A DNA stretch of 28,133 bases from an uncultured Aquifex sp. (GCA_964571355.1 CAZNBH010000001.1:1-28133), one strand, 5' to 3'; counted from the first letter of the stretch, positions 1 to 7,913 are shown. Made by a program: numbers and translations. The notes: a model not told the origin generated them from the letters alone.

Positions 1-2
1 AA

Positions 3-1274
3 AAGGAAAACTTCCTCCAATGGGTCGATTACATAGTCGACAAGGTGTTGAAGTCCCCCCTACCGGAAACCACCCTTTCGAATTTAATAAAGTTCCTCCA
101 AAACCCCACGGGGAGGAAGCTCTTTTTCCTCCAACCGTCGCAAAAACTTTACGAAACCCTCTTTAAGATTTTTTCCGTATCGAGTTACCTCACCAATAAG
201 ATTTATTTCAATCCCGACCTCGTGGAGGATATACTCACCCTTTACAAGGAATACCCCACAAAGGAAGAAATAGAAAAGGACCTCCAAGAGTTCAGAAAAA
301 CGAAAAATATTCCCTACATAGACCTCATAAGGCGTTTCGAACGGAGCTGGACTATAAGGATAGCCCTCATATTCATATCCGACCCCGACAAACGGGAGGG
401 GGTGCTAAAAGTTCAAAAAGCCCTAAGCGACCTAACCGACGTGGTAATAAACGATATATGGAGGGAGCTAAAGCTCGACGAAATCCCCTTAGCCCTCTTT
501 GCCCTCGGAAAATTCGGGGGTAAGGAGCTCACCTTCGCCTCCGACCTCGATTTGGTGTTCGCCTTTAAGGATTTCGAAAGTAAAAGCCGCTTCGCGGAAA
601 AGCCCAAGGATTTCGTCACCTTTTTAACCGCCCACACCTCGGAGGGTTATCTATACAAGGTCGATTTTAGACTCCGCCCTATGGGAAGTAAGGGAGAACT
701 GGCTCCAACCCTCGACTATTACGCCGAATATTTCAAAAAGAACGCCCGAACTTGGGAAAAGCTGGCGTGGATACGCTCCCGTTTCGTCGTCGGCGACAAG
801 GAGGTGGGGGAAAAGCTCAACAAACTCGTGGAGGAATTTCTCTTTTCCAAACCCCTAACCGTGGAGGAGGAAAAGGACATTTACCAAATGAGGTTAAAAC
901 TCCAACAACATTCAAAGGACAAAAAGGACACCTACGACCTAAAGATGGGGTTTGGGGGTCTTATGGATATAGAGTTCCTCGTGCAGTATTTGTTGTTAAA
1001 GCACCGCAAAAAGGTGGAAAATACCTATAAAGCCCTAACGGAGTTAGAAAAAAGCTATCCCCAACTAGGTGAATTAAAGGAAGCCTATAAATTTTTCCGC
1101 TTATTGGAAACCTCGATAAGGCTTATAAAACCCTCCGGGGGTAGCGTTATTGGCAAAAATGACCTAAAAAGGGTCTCCGCCTTTCTAAATATCCCCCCTG
1201 AAGAGCTCGAGGAGGAAATAGTAAAAACCCGACAAACGGTAAGGGAAACGTTTTTGGACTTTTTAGGAAATTAG
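3..1274 (+). CDS. glnE: Glutamine synthetase adenylyltransferase-like nucleotidyltransferase, C-terminal part (5'-truncated by window edge)
   Basis: Frame is open from base 3 (KENFLQWVDYIVDK precedes the track ORF). It carries the GlnE-type motifs LGKFGGKELTFASDLDLVF, VDFRLRPMGSKG, WEKLAWIRSR and DLKMGFGGLMDIEFLVQYL. Confidence 0.8.
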   Translation, partial: KENFLQWVDYIVDKVLKSPLPETTLSNLIKFLQNPTGRKLFFLQPSQKLYETLFKIFSVSSYLTNKIYFNPDLVEDILTLYKEYPTKEEIEKDLQEFRKTKNIPYIDLIRRFERSWTIRIALIFISDPDKREGVLKVQKALSDLTDVVINDIWRELKLDEIPLALFALGKFGGKELTFASDLDLVFAFKDFESKSRFAEKPKDFVTFLTAHTSEGYLYKVDFRLRPMGSKGELAPTLDYYAEYFKKNARTWEKLAWIRSRFVVGDKEVGEKLNKLVEEFLFSKPLTVEEEKDIYQMRLKLQQHSKDKKDTYDLKMGFGGLMDIEFLVQYLLLKHRKKVENTYKALTELEKSYPQLGELKEAYKFFRLLETSIRLIKPSGGSVIGKNDLKRVSAFLNIPPEELEEEIVKTRQTVRETFLDFLGN

Positions 1275-1342
1275 TTTTCACTAAATTAAGCATTTTCTAA
1301 TCTTTTCGAGCTTGCTTTTTGGGATACTTATAACAATTTCTT

Positions 1343-2008
1343 ATGTTTACGATGCTGAAAATTCTTAAAGAAATCGCCTTTTTTAAAGACCTTCCGGAGG
1401 AAATAGTTGAAAAAATAGCCGAAATTTCGGTTCCTATTAGTGTTAAAAAGGGGCAAACCATCTTTACAAAGAACTCCCGTGCAACGGGTTTTTACATTTT
1501 AAAAAAGGGGAGTGTAAAGCTCTATACGATAGAACCCCTTTCGGGGAAAGAGCAAATTGTTAGGATTGTTAAACCGGTTACCCTATTCGGAGAAGCGGCT
1601 TCCCTAAGCGGGGGATACTTTCCGGTGAACGTTGAGGCTTTGGAGGACAGCGAAATTATTTACATAGACCGCGAAAAGCTGTTAAAGCTTATGAAGGAAC
1701 ACCCCGAAATCTGCTTAAACATAAGCAAGGTCCTTTCGGAGAGATTGTACCACCTGGTGAACCTCGTCGAGACCTTGATAATTAACAGCGCCGTTCCGAG
1801 GTTGGCAAAGTATCTCTTGCAACACCAAGAGGGGGGAGTTGTTGACGATTTTAAAACCACCTTGGTGGCAAATATTTTGGGTTTAACCCCCGAGGCGGTT
1901 TCGAGGGCGCTATCCACCCTAAGGGATAGGGGTATCTTAAAAAAAGACCGTAAAAAGGTCGAAATTTTGGATTTGGAACGCCTAAAGGAGGAAGCTGGAG
2001 AGGTTTAA
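1343..2008 (+). CDS. Crp/Fnr-family transcriptional regulator (no FNR Fe-S cysteines)
   Basis: cNMP-binding beta-roll (LKKGSVKLY...FGEAAS) and a C-terminal HTH with TPEAVSRAL (ExxSR). Only one Cys. Alternative ATG at 1352. Confidence 0.9.
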   Translation: MFTMLKILKEIAFFKDLPEEIVEKIAEISVPISVKKGQTIFTKNSRATGFYILKKGSVKLYTIEPLSGKEQIVRIVKPVTLFGEAASLSGGYFPVNVEALEDSEIIYIDREKLLKLMKEHPEICLNISKVLSERLYHLVNLVETLIINSAVPRLAKYLLQHQEGGVVDDFKTTLVANILGLTPEAVSRALSTLRDRGILKKDRKKVEILDLERLKEEAGEV

Positions 2009-2994
2009 CCCTTTACGGTTTCTTTTTCGCTTTCCCCTTGCGGGTATTGAACAACCCTTTCAACCCTATAGGGGACGTCAGCCTTGGACTCGTAATAGGT
2101 TCGGATTATCACCTCCGCAATAATCCCGGTGGAAATCAGTTGCAACCCGCTCAAAAATAGGAGCACCCCGAGGATTAAAAGGGGTCTTCCTCCTATAGAG
2201 GCACCGAAAAATATCTTTTCCACCGCGAGGTACAGGAGTATCAGAAAACCTATAACCGCAAGGGTGAACCCCATACCCCCGAACACGTAAAGGGGTTTAT
2301 TCAAATAGTCGTTTAAGAACTTTACGAGGAAAATATCGAGGATAACCCTTATAGTCCTTCCTATTCCGTATTTGCTCTTCCCGTAAAGGCGGGGACGGTG
2401 ATTTACCACCACCTCGGTAACCTTTGCCCCAAAACCCTTTGCCACCGCGGGTAAAAAGCGGTGCATATCCCCGTAAAGGCGATAGCTCTTGGCAACCTCC
2501 TTCCTGTAAGCCTTCAAGGTGCAACCGTAGTCGTGCAGATGAACCCCCGTAACCTTGGAAATAATCCAGTTGGCTATTTTGGAGGGTAAAATCCTCGTCA
2601 AAAATGGGTCTTTTCTGTTTTTTCTCCAACCGCTCACTATGTCGTAGCCTTCGTTAATCTTTTCGAGGAGTTTCGGAATGTCGTGGGGGTCGTTTTGGAG
2701 GTCCCCGTCCATAGTGATAATAACGTCACCTTCCGCGTGCTGAAAGCCGGCGTACATAGCCGCCGTTTGCCCGTAGTTCCTGCGGAACTTAACAACCTTA
2801 ACTTTGGGGTCTTTTTTTGCTATCTCCTCGAGCAGTTCGAAGCTCCTATCGGTCGAGCCGTCGTCCACGAAAATAATTTCGTAATCGTAGGGTAACTTTT
2901 CCAAAACCCCCTTTAGTTCCTCGTAGAGTTTGGGGATATTCTCCTCCTCGTTGTAGATGGGGATAACTATCGAGAGTTTCCTTATTTCGCCCAT
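2005..2994 (-). CDS. GT2 polyprenyl-phosphate glycosyltransferase (GtrB/ArnC-like)
   Basis: IPIYNEEENI, DDGSTD, DGDLQNDP, RLYGKSKY and two C-terminal TM helices. Confidence 0.9.
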   Translation of the reverse strand: MGEIRKLSIVIPIYNEEENIPKLYEELKGVLEKLPYDYEIIFVDDGSTDRSFELLEEIAKKDPKVKVVKFRRNYGQTAAMYAGFQHAEGDVIITMDGDLQNDPHDIPKLLEKINEGYDIVSGWRKNRKDPFLTRILPSKIANWIISKVTGVHLHDYGCTLKAYRKEVAKSYRLYGDMHRFLPAVAKGFGAKVTEVVVNHRPRLYGKSKYGIGRTIRVILDIFLVKFLNDYLNKPLYVFGGMGFTLAVIGFLILLYLAVEKIFFGASIGGRPLLILGVLLFLSGLQLISTGIIAEVIIRTYYESKADVPYRVERVVQYPQGESEKETVKG

Positions 2995-3062
2995 ACCTCA
3001 AAGGGGAACATTTTAAGCCCGCCCAAAAGGGGGATAAAAAAATGCAAAGACCCTTAAGGGGA

Positions 3063-3986
3063 CTACTTTAACTTTATCTCCCCGACGTAAACGTATCCGG
3101 AGGCGGTTCCCAATTGGGTGTTTACCTTCTTAACCCACACCGTGGTGGGAACGACAAAAATTTTTGCCACGTTCAAGGTTTGGCTTATCTGCTTTAGGGC
3201 GTAGCCTATTTCGTTGTAATCGTCCTTCGGTATTTTGGGCAGAAAGGCGTAGGCGTCCCGCTTTAAATTCCCTATAAAATCGTCGAAGCCCTTGGCGGAG
3301 CTGTAGTATTTGTTCAAAACCGACGCCAAGCCTTCGGCTTGGGCTTTGTAGAGTATATAAATCAACATATAAAGGTTGTCTATCGGATAGTAGACGTTGT
3401 GGTAGGGGATAAGCTTTAGGGTGATTTTTTCCCTTTGGGCGGTTTCTAAGATATCCTTCCACCTATCGAAGCAAATCTTACAATAGGGGTTCCAAACGAG
3501 GTAAACGGTTTTCTTTCCCACCGTAAGGGTGGTCGGAAGATTAGCACCGTAAACGATTCTTTCTATGTCGAGAATCCACCCCACGTTTTCCAAGGGGTAT
3601 TCCTTACCCTTGGGGGGAATTATGGGGGAGACGGTTTTATTCCCAACGAGGTAACCGTAGGTAAATAAAACCTTTCCGTCGTCGGTAAACCATATAAAGC
3701 GGTTGTAAATTACGTGGTCGTATTCCGAATAAACCCTTATGAGGTATTTCCTTAAATACTTTTCCTCCGAGGGTTCCACCCTATAGATGCCCAGCACCTT
3801 CCAGGTTTTCGGGAATACCGCTTCCACTATCGAGGTGATTTTTTCCTTTTCCTTCCCTTTAAGGGGTTGGAGTTTTAGGTGGAGTTCCTCCGATAGTTGC
3901 TTTAGTTCGTATTTTTCCCCTTCACCGCAGGAGAATAGTCCCAACCCCAAGAGGGAAACGGCTAAGAGGAGACCTCTTTTGGACAT
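3063..3986 (-). CDS. Lipoprotein with thioredoxin-fold CxxC (DsbC/DsbG-like)
   Basis: Likely start is MSKRGLLL (ATG 3986, 5 nt after the cysM stop). Lipobox LFSC, VWNPYCKIC (cf. DPxCPYC) and a C-terminal VVPTTV cis-Pro-like loop. Confidence 0.6.
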   Translation of the reverse strand: MSKRGLLLAVSLLGLGLFSCGEGEKYELKQLSEELHLKLQPLKGKEKEKITSIVEAVFPKTWKVLGIYRVEPSEEKYLRKYLIRVYSEYDHVIYNRFIWFTDDGKVLFTYGYLVGNKTVSPIIPPKGKEYPLENVGWILDIERIVYGANLPTTLTVGKKTVYLVWNPYCKICFDRWKDILETAQREKITLKLIPYHNVYYPIDNLYMLIYILYKAQAEGLASVLNKYYSSAKGFDDFIGNLKRDAYAFLPKIPKDDYNEIGYALKQISQTLNVAKIFVVPTTVWVKKVNTQLGTASGYVYVGEIKLK

Positions 3987-3991
3987 AGGCT

Positions 3992-4927
3992 TTAAGTATC
4001 CCACAAAGGGGACGATAGGTATTTTTCCCCACCGTCGGGGGCTATTGCAACTATAACCCCCTTTGTGAGTTGTTTTGCCAACTCCACCGCGGCGTGAACC
4101 GCCGCCCCGCTCGAAATCCCCAAAAATAAACCCTCCTCCTTTGCCAACCTCTTGGTCATCGCGTAGGCTTCCTCGGTTTTTACGTAAACCATTCGGTCTA
4201 TAATCGTCTCGTCAAAAATCCCCGGCTTTATAGAGCTCTCCATATGTTTTAGACCCTCTATGCCGTGCTTTGGCTCGGCGGGTTGAACGCCGACTATTTC
4301 TATATCGGGGTTGTATATTTTGAGCCTCCTACCGGTGCCCACGATTGTTCCACCCGTTCCCGCACCGGCCACAAAGTGGGTAATCCTCCCCTTGGTCTGT
4401 TCCCAAATTTCAACACCGGTGGAGTAAAAATGCGCCTTCCAATTCGAATGGTTGTTGTACTGGTCCACGTAATAGTACTTATCGGGGTATTTTCTCACCA
4501 ATTCCCTCACAAAGCGGATAGCCCCGTCGGTTCCCTCCCCCGCGGGGGTTAGGTGGAGCTTAGCCCCAAAAATTTTTAAAATCCTCTTCCGTTCCTCCGA
4601 AACCCCCTCCGACATTGCCAGCTCTACCTTAAACCCCAAAGCCCTCCCTATCATTGCAAGGGCTATACCGGTATTCCCACTCGTGGCGTCTATTATCACT
4701 TTGTCCTTTGTAAGTTCCCCCCTTTTAATTGCGTCGACTATCATCCTCAAGGCGGGTCTATCCTTCACGCTCCCCCCGGGGTTGAACTTTTCGAGCTTTA
4801 CCCAAATCTCCACGTCGGGGTTGGGATTTAAACGGGAGAGTTTTACCAGGGGGGTATTTCCTATTAGCTTTATCAATTCCTCCCGCGGTTTTCTAAAGGG
4901 TTCATCGAACTCCCCGTAAACGAACAT
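3992..4927 (-). CDS. cysM: Cysteine synthase (PLP-dependent, CysM-like)
   Basis: IGNTPLV, KLEKFNPGGSVKDR (PLP lysine), ATSGNTG, GAGTGGT, GIEGLK and GISSGAA. Confidence 0.88.
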   Translation of the reverse strand: MFVYGEFDEPFRKPREELIKLIGNTPLVKLSRLNPNPDVEIWVKLEKFNPGGSVKDRPALRMIVDAIKRGELTKDKVIIDATSGNTGIALAMIGRALGFKVELAMSEGVSEERKRILKIFGAKLHLTPAGEGTDGAIRFVRELVRKYPDKYYYVDQYNNHSNWKAHFYSTGVEIWEQTKGRITHFVAGAGTGGTIVGTGRRLKIYNPDIEIVGVQPAEPKHGIEGLKHMESSIKPGIFDETIIDRMVYVKTEEAYAMTKRLAKEEGLFLGISSGAAVHAAVELAKQLTKGVIVAIAPDGGEKYLSSPLWDT

Positions 4928-4929
4928 GT

Positions 4930-5256
4930 CTATTTATATTCCACTACAACAACGCCACCCCACGCACCGACCCTTACAAGTTTTCCATCGTTTGTTTTAA
5001 AGGTGACCACCCCCGTGTGGAATTTGGTATCCCCTTCGCTCTCCTCAAACCAAACGTAACCCTTGCCGTGATAGACCTTTACCGGTTTTTCGCTCCCCGC
5101 GGGGTACACGTAAACGGTGTATTCACCTCCGCTCAACTTCAAAAGGTGTTTTTCAAATTTCGTTCCCAACTTCGATTGAACGAATAGATAAGCTCCCCCT
5201 ATGAGGAGTAAAACCAAAACTCCCACTACGAGGAATACGACCGATTTCTTTCCCAT
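4930..5256 (-). CDS. Hypothetical protein with N-terminal membrane anchor and beta-rich domain
   Basis: Hydrophobic VVFLVVGVLVLLLIGGAYLFV follows MGKK. Its stop is 2 nt from the cysM start. The ATG at 5256 is favoured by the adjacent promoter; the track start is 5280. Confidence 0.75.
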   Translation of the reverse strand: MGKKSVVFLVVGVLVLLLIGGAYLFVQSKLGTKFEKHLLKLSGGEYTVYVYPAGSEKPVKVYHGKGYVWFEESEGDTKFHTGVVTFKTNDGKLVRVGAWGGVVVVEYK

Positions 5257-5264
5257 AAGGGGAA

Positions 5265-5293
5265 AATCTAAATTTCCCATAAGTGGGTTTCAA
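5265..5293 (-). promoter_or_regulatory. Sigma70-type promoter TTGAAA-17-TAGATT, 8 nt upstream of ATG 5256
   Basis: The minus strand reads ttgaaa cccacttatgggaaatt tagatt ttcccctt ATG. Confidence 0.55.
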
Positions 5294-5295
5294 AA

Positions 5296-5346
5296 TAGTC
5301 CTTTTGGGGATAGTCTAAACTTCTAGACTTTTTAAGGGTTAGACTA
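5296..5346. promoter_or_regulatory. Four-box inverted operator array upstream of the TA pair
   Basis: TAGTC 5296, TAGTCTA 5311, TAGACT 5324 and TAGACTA 5340 form two boxes facing two, roughly symmetric about 5321. Confidence 0.5.
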
Positions 5347-5353
5347 ATTTTCT

Positions 5354-5665
5354 ATGAAATCCGTTAAGTCCCCTAACACTTTTAAAACCTCCTATATCGC
5401 CGCCGTTAAAGAGGAATTGGGCTTGCTTAAAAGAAAGCAAACCTCCAAAAGGAAAATAAAAGCCCCTCCCCACCTAAAGTGGGCTATAGTTGAAGCTTTA
5501 AAGAGAAAACCCAACGCGAGCTATAGGGAAATTCAAAGGTTGGCTTTTCAAATCTTTAAGGAAAGAAGCGAAAACCTTCCGTTTTTAGGTGCTTTGGGAA
5601 AAGTGGAACTTCACAAGTTAAAAGAAGTTTTGAATGATAAGGGGTTATCCTATTATGAGGATTAA
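5354..5665 (+). CDS. Putative antitoxin (VapB-position protein, family not recognised)
   Basis: 103 aa basic ORF directly upstream of and overlapping a PIN gene, with a helical HTH-like centre (AIVEALKRKPNASYREIQRLA). Confidence 0.65.
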   Translation: MKSVKSPNTFKTSYIAAVKEELGLLKRKQTSKRKIKAPPHLKWAIVEALKRKPNASYREIQRLAFQIFKERSENLPFLGALGKVELHKLKEVLNDKGLSYYED

Positions 5666-6143
5666 AGGAAAAACCATTTTTGTAGATACCTCCGCCTTTA
5701 TCCTATTTCTCCACAATAACTGCAACGAAATAACAAAGGAAATTTTTAAAAAAGCCTTAAATGGAAAATGTAAATTGGTAACCTCCTCCAGATGTTTGGA
5801 CGAGCTTATGTTCAAAGAAATGGTAATATTGGCAAAAACCAAATACAAAATGGGGAGTAAAACGGTAGAAAAATTGCGGAAAAATCCCGAATTGGTGAAG
5901 GAAATAGGAACCCTTTTGGAAAGGGTTATTCCACAATTCCTAAAAACGTACCGAATAGAGGTTTTGGATATTAAAAAGGAATGGGTTTTGGAGATACCAA
6001 AACTCATGAAGGAATACGGGCTTTTTGGAAACGATGCCCTAATCGTTAGGGCTATGATTTCAAAAAATTTGAAATATCTACTTTCGGCGGATAGCGATTT
6101 TGAAAAAATTCCTTTTATAGAGGTTATAAACCCCATCCCCTAA
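5655..6143 (+). CDS. vapC: PIN-domain toxin (VapC family)
   Basis: IFVDTSAFI, CLDEL, FGNDALI and LLSADSDF acidic PIN motifs. The likely start MRIKG at 5655 overlaps the partner stop; the track start is 5634. Confidence 0.85.
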   Translation: MRIKGKTIFVDTSAFILFLHNNCNEITKEIFKKALNGKCKLVTSSRCLDELMFKEMVILAKTKYKMGSKTVEKLRKNPELVKEIGTLLERVIPQFLKTYRIEVLDIKKEWVLEIPKLMKEYGLFGNDALIVRAMISKNLKYLLSADSDFEKIPFIEVINPIP

Positions 6144-6781
6144 GGGATTTTTCTCCATAAAATCCCCACGAAGGCACCTTCTCCGAAACCTTCCTTAAAG
6201 GGGTAGGTTTTATTTTCCGTTCCAAAAATGGTTTGACCTATTTCTACGACCTCAAGGGTGGTGTATTTTTCCGCCAAGTTGAGGATTTCTTCGGTGGAAA
6301 AGAACCTCGCGGGTTTGTAAAACCTGCTAAAAGGCTTTTTCCTCTCGTAGATTTTTCCCAAAAAACTTTCCCTATCGACGAACCCCATCAAAAAGAAACC
6401 GCCATCTATTAAAACCCTTTCGACCTCCTTAAGGCTTTGTATCGGGTCGTCTACGAAGCATATGGTTGTGACCATCAGGACAAAATCGAAACAATTACTT
6501 TTTAAGGGTAATGCCTCGGCTACGCCGAGGGTTACCTTTATCCCCCGCTTTCGGGCGATTTTTAACATCGATGGGGAGGGGTCCACGCCGAAGGGAACAT
6601 CGAGAGGAAGGGCAAAGCGACCGCTCCCCACCCCGACCTCCACCCCCTTGGAGGTATTTATCCCGTGTTTTTCCACCAAATGTTTTAGTAGGTTTATCTC
6701 CGACCTATAGAGGTATTTATTCCTTTCGAACCAATTTTCGTAGGCTTCGGTGTACAACTCAAAGGGTTCGATTTTTGGCAT
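6140..6781 (-). CDS. Class I SAM-dependent methyltransferase
   Basis: VEVGVGSGRF (motif I), GVDPSPSML, AEALPL, FDFVLM and ERVLIDGG. Confidence 0.9.
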   Translation of the reverse strand: MPKIEPFELYTEAYENWFERNKYLYRSEINLLKHLVEKHGINTSKGVEVGVGSGRFALPLDVPFGVDPSPSMLKIARKRGIKVTLGVAEALPLKSNCFDFVLMVTTICFVDDPIQSLKEVERVLIDGGFFLMGFVDRESFLGKIYERKKPFSRFYKPARFFSTEEILNLAEKYTTLEVVEIGQTIFGTENKTYPFKEGFGEGAFVGILWRKIP

Positions 6782-6798
6782 AGAACACCATTATGGGT

Positions 6799-7458
6799 TT
6801 AGGGTTTTGGCAAAACCATCCCAAAGCCGTCGATATTTTTCAATCCCAAACCGGTTTCGGAAATGAATTTCAACACCTCCCTCGGGGCGAAAACTTCAAA
6901 ATTCCCCGTAAGGGATTGTAGAGCCCTACCCTTAAAGTTTAGAGGTTTTACCCCGACCTCGAGAGGTTTTATTTCGAGCTTTTCCTCCAAGGGTTTCCCG
7001 TAATAGCTTTGGTACTTTTTGCGGATGTTTTCGACGAGAAACTCCGAAAGGTTCACACCTTCGGGAACCAATACGGGGGAAAGGGTTTTTAATTGAATAA
7101 CCTCGTCGGGAATTTTTACAAAAACCCTCTCCACCGAGAGGATATCGACATCGGTATCTCCCAACCGTAGGTTTTCCTCGAATATCAACCTATTCCTCAA
7201 AGGGGTAAGCTCGCAATCCCTTGGGGTGGCGAAGTAGACCCTAAAGTAGGGGTGGAAATAGAGAAAATTTCCCTCCCTTTTTAGGAACTTTCCAAAAATC
7301 CTCGAAAAGGTAAAGAAGTGGTAAACCTTCCCCTCCGAGGAGCGGGTGGCTATGCACTCCTCAAAAACCTCAAGGAGGAAATTCTTGAGGATACCGTTGT
7401 ACCTTCGGGGGATTTTTAGAGCTTCACCCCTTGCCCTAAAAAGGATTTTTAAAATCAA
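6799..7458 (-). CDS. cas6: Cas6-family RAMP protein, orphan
   Basis: C-terminal G-rich loop TGLGLKNIDGFGMV, FTFSR, KTLSPV and NIRKKY are typical of Cas6. TTG start with an AGGGGT SD-like site upstream. Confidence 0.8.
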   Translation of the reverse strand: MILKILFRARGEALKIPRRYNGILKNFLLEVFEECIATRSSEGKVYHFFTFSRIFGKFLKREGNFLYFHPYFRVYFATPRDCELTPLRNRLIFEENLRLGDTDVDILSVERVFVKIPDEVIQLKTLSPVLVPEGVNLSEFLVENIRKKYQSYYGKPLEEKLEIKPLEVGVKPLNFKGRALQSLTGNFEVFAPREVLKFISETGLGLKNIDGFGMVLPKP

Positions 7459-7469
7459 AGGAATAACCC

Positions 7470-7850
7470 CTAAAGGTTTAGTTTATCGGCGAATTCCTTG
7501 GCGGTATCTCCCCTTAAAACCTCCACCAAACCGGTAAGACCGTCCACCAAATATTTAGCGGGGATACCCTTGGACCTCAAAAAGGTCATCGCTATTATCG
7601 CCCTATCCTTGTGGGGGCAGGCGGTAACTATTAATTTGTCCTTCGGTAGGGTTTGATATTTTTGGGGTAACTCGTTGAGGGGTATATTAATCGAAGGTTG
7701 AACGTTCCAAGTTTTGTACTCCTCTTTAAACCTAATATCCACCAAAAGGGCTTTTCCCTCCTTTAGAGCCTCGACGAGTTGCTTCGCCGAGATTTTCATC
7801 TCCTTGCGGGTTTCGTAGTTGAAGTTTCTTAAAAAGGTTTCCAAATCCAT
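7470..7850 (-). CDS. Single-domain rhodanese/sulfurtransferase
   Basis: LLVDIRFKEEY, SINIPL and active-site loop CPHKDR. Confidence 0.85.
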   Translation of the reverse strand: MDLETFLRNFNYETRKEMKISAKQLVEALKEGKALLVDIRFKEEYKTWNVQPSINIPLNELPQKYQTLPKDKLIVTACPHKDRAIIAMTFLRSKGIPAKYLVDGLTGLVEVLRGDTAKEFADKLNL

Positions 7851-7853
7851 AGA

Positions 7854-7873
7854 GCCATCTATTGTAGGATGGC
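7854..7873. promoter_or_regulatory. Inverted repeat GCCATC-N8-GATGGC overlapping the rhodanese -10 box (candidate operator)
   Basis: The sequence gccatc tattgtag gatggc is read directly. Confidence 0.45.
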
Positions 7874-7888
7874 GAATTTGCCTATCAA
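7861..7888 (-). promoter_or_regulatory. Sigma70-type promoter TTGATA-16-TACAAT for the rhodanese-cas6-MTase genes
   Basis: The minus strand reads ttgata ggcaaattcgccatcc tacaat agatggctct ATG. Confidence 0.6.
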
Positions 7889-7906
7889 TCTCATTTAAAA
7901 TAAAAT
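7878..7906 (+). promoter_or_regulatory. Sigma70-type promoter TTGCCT-17-TAAAAT for flgG, 7 nt from the ATG
   Basis: The plus strand reads ttgcct atcaatctcatttaaaa taaaat ttttggc ATG. There is no SD. Confidence 0.55.
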
Positions 7907-7913
7907 TTTTGGC

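Noticed and set aside
5645-6136. 163-aa minus-strand ORF antisense to vapC
   Set aside because: It is a shadow of the PIN gene with no motif or RBS; the plus-strand protein has the full acidic PIN signature.
2005-6143. Convergent genes sharing 4-bp stop overlaps (2005-2008, 6140-6143)
   Set aside because: This is common in compact genomes and not evidence of a special system.
7875-7888. FNR box near the flgG/rhodanese promoters
   Set aside because: Only the ATCAA half-site matches, and it is better explained as the -35 hexamer of the minus-strand promoter.
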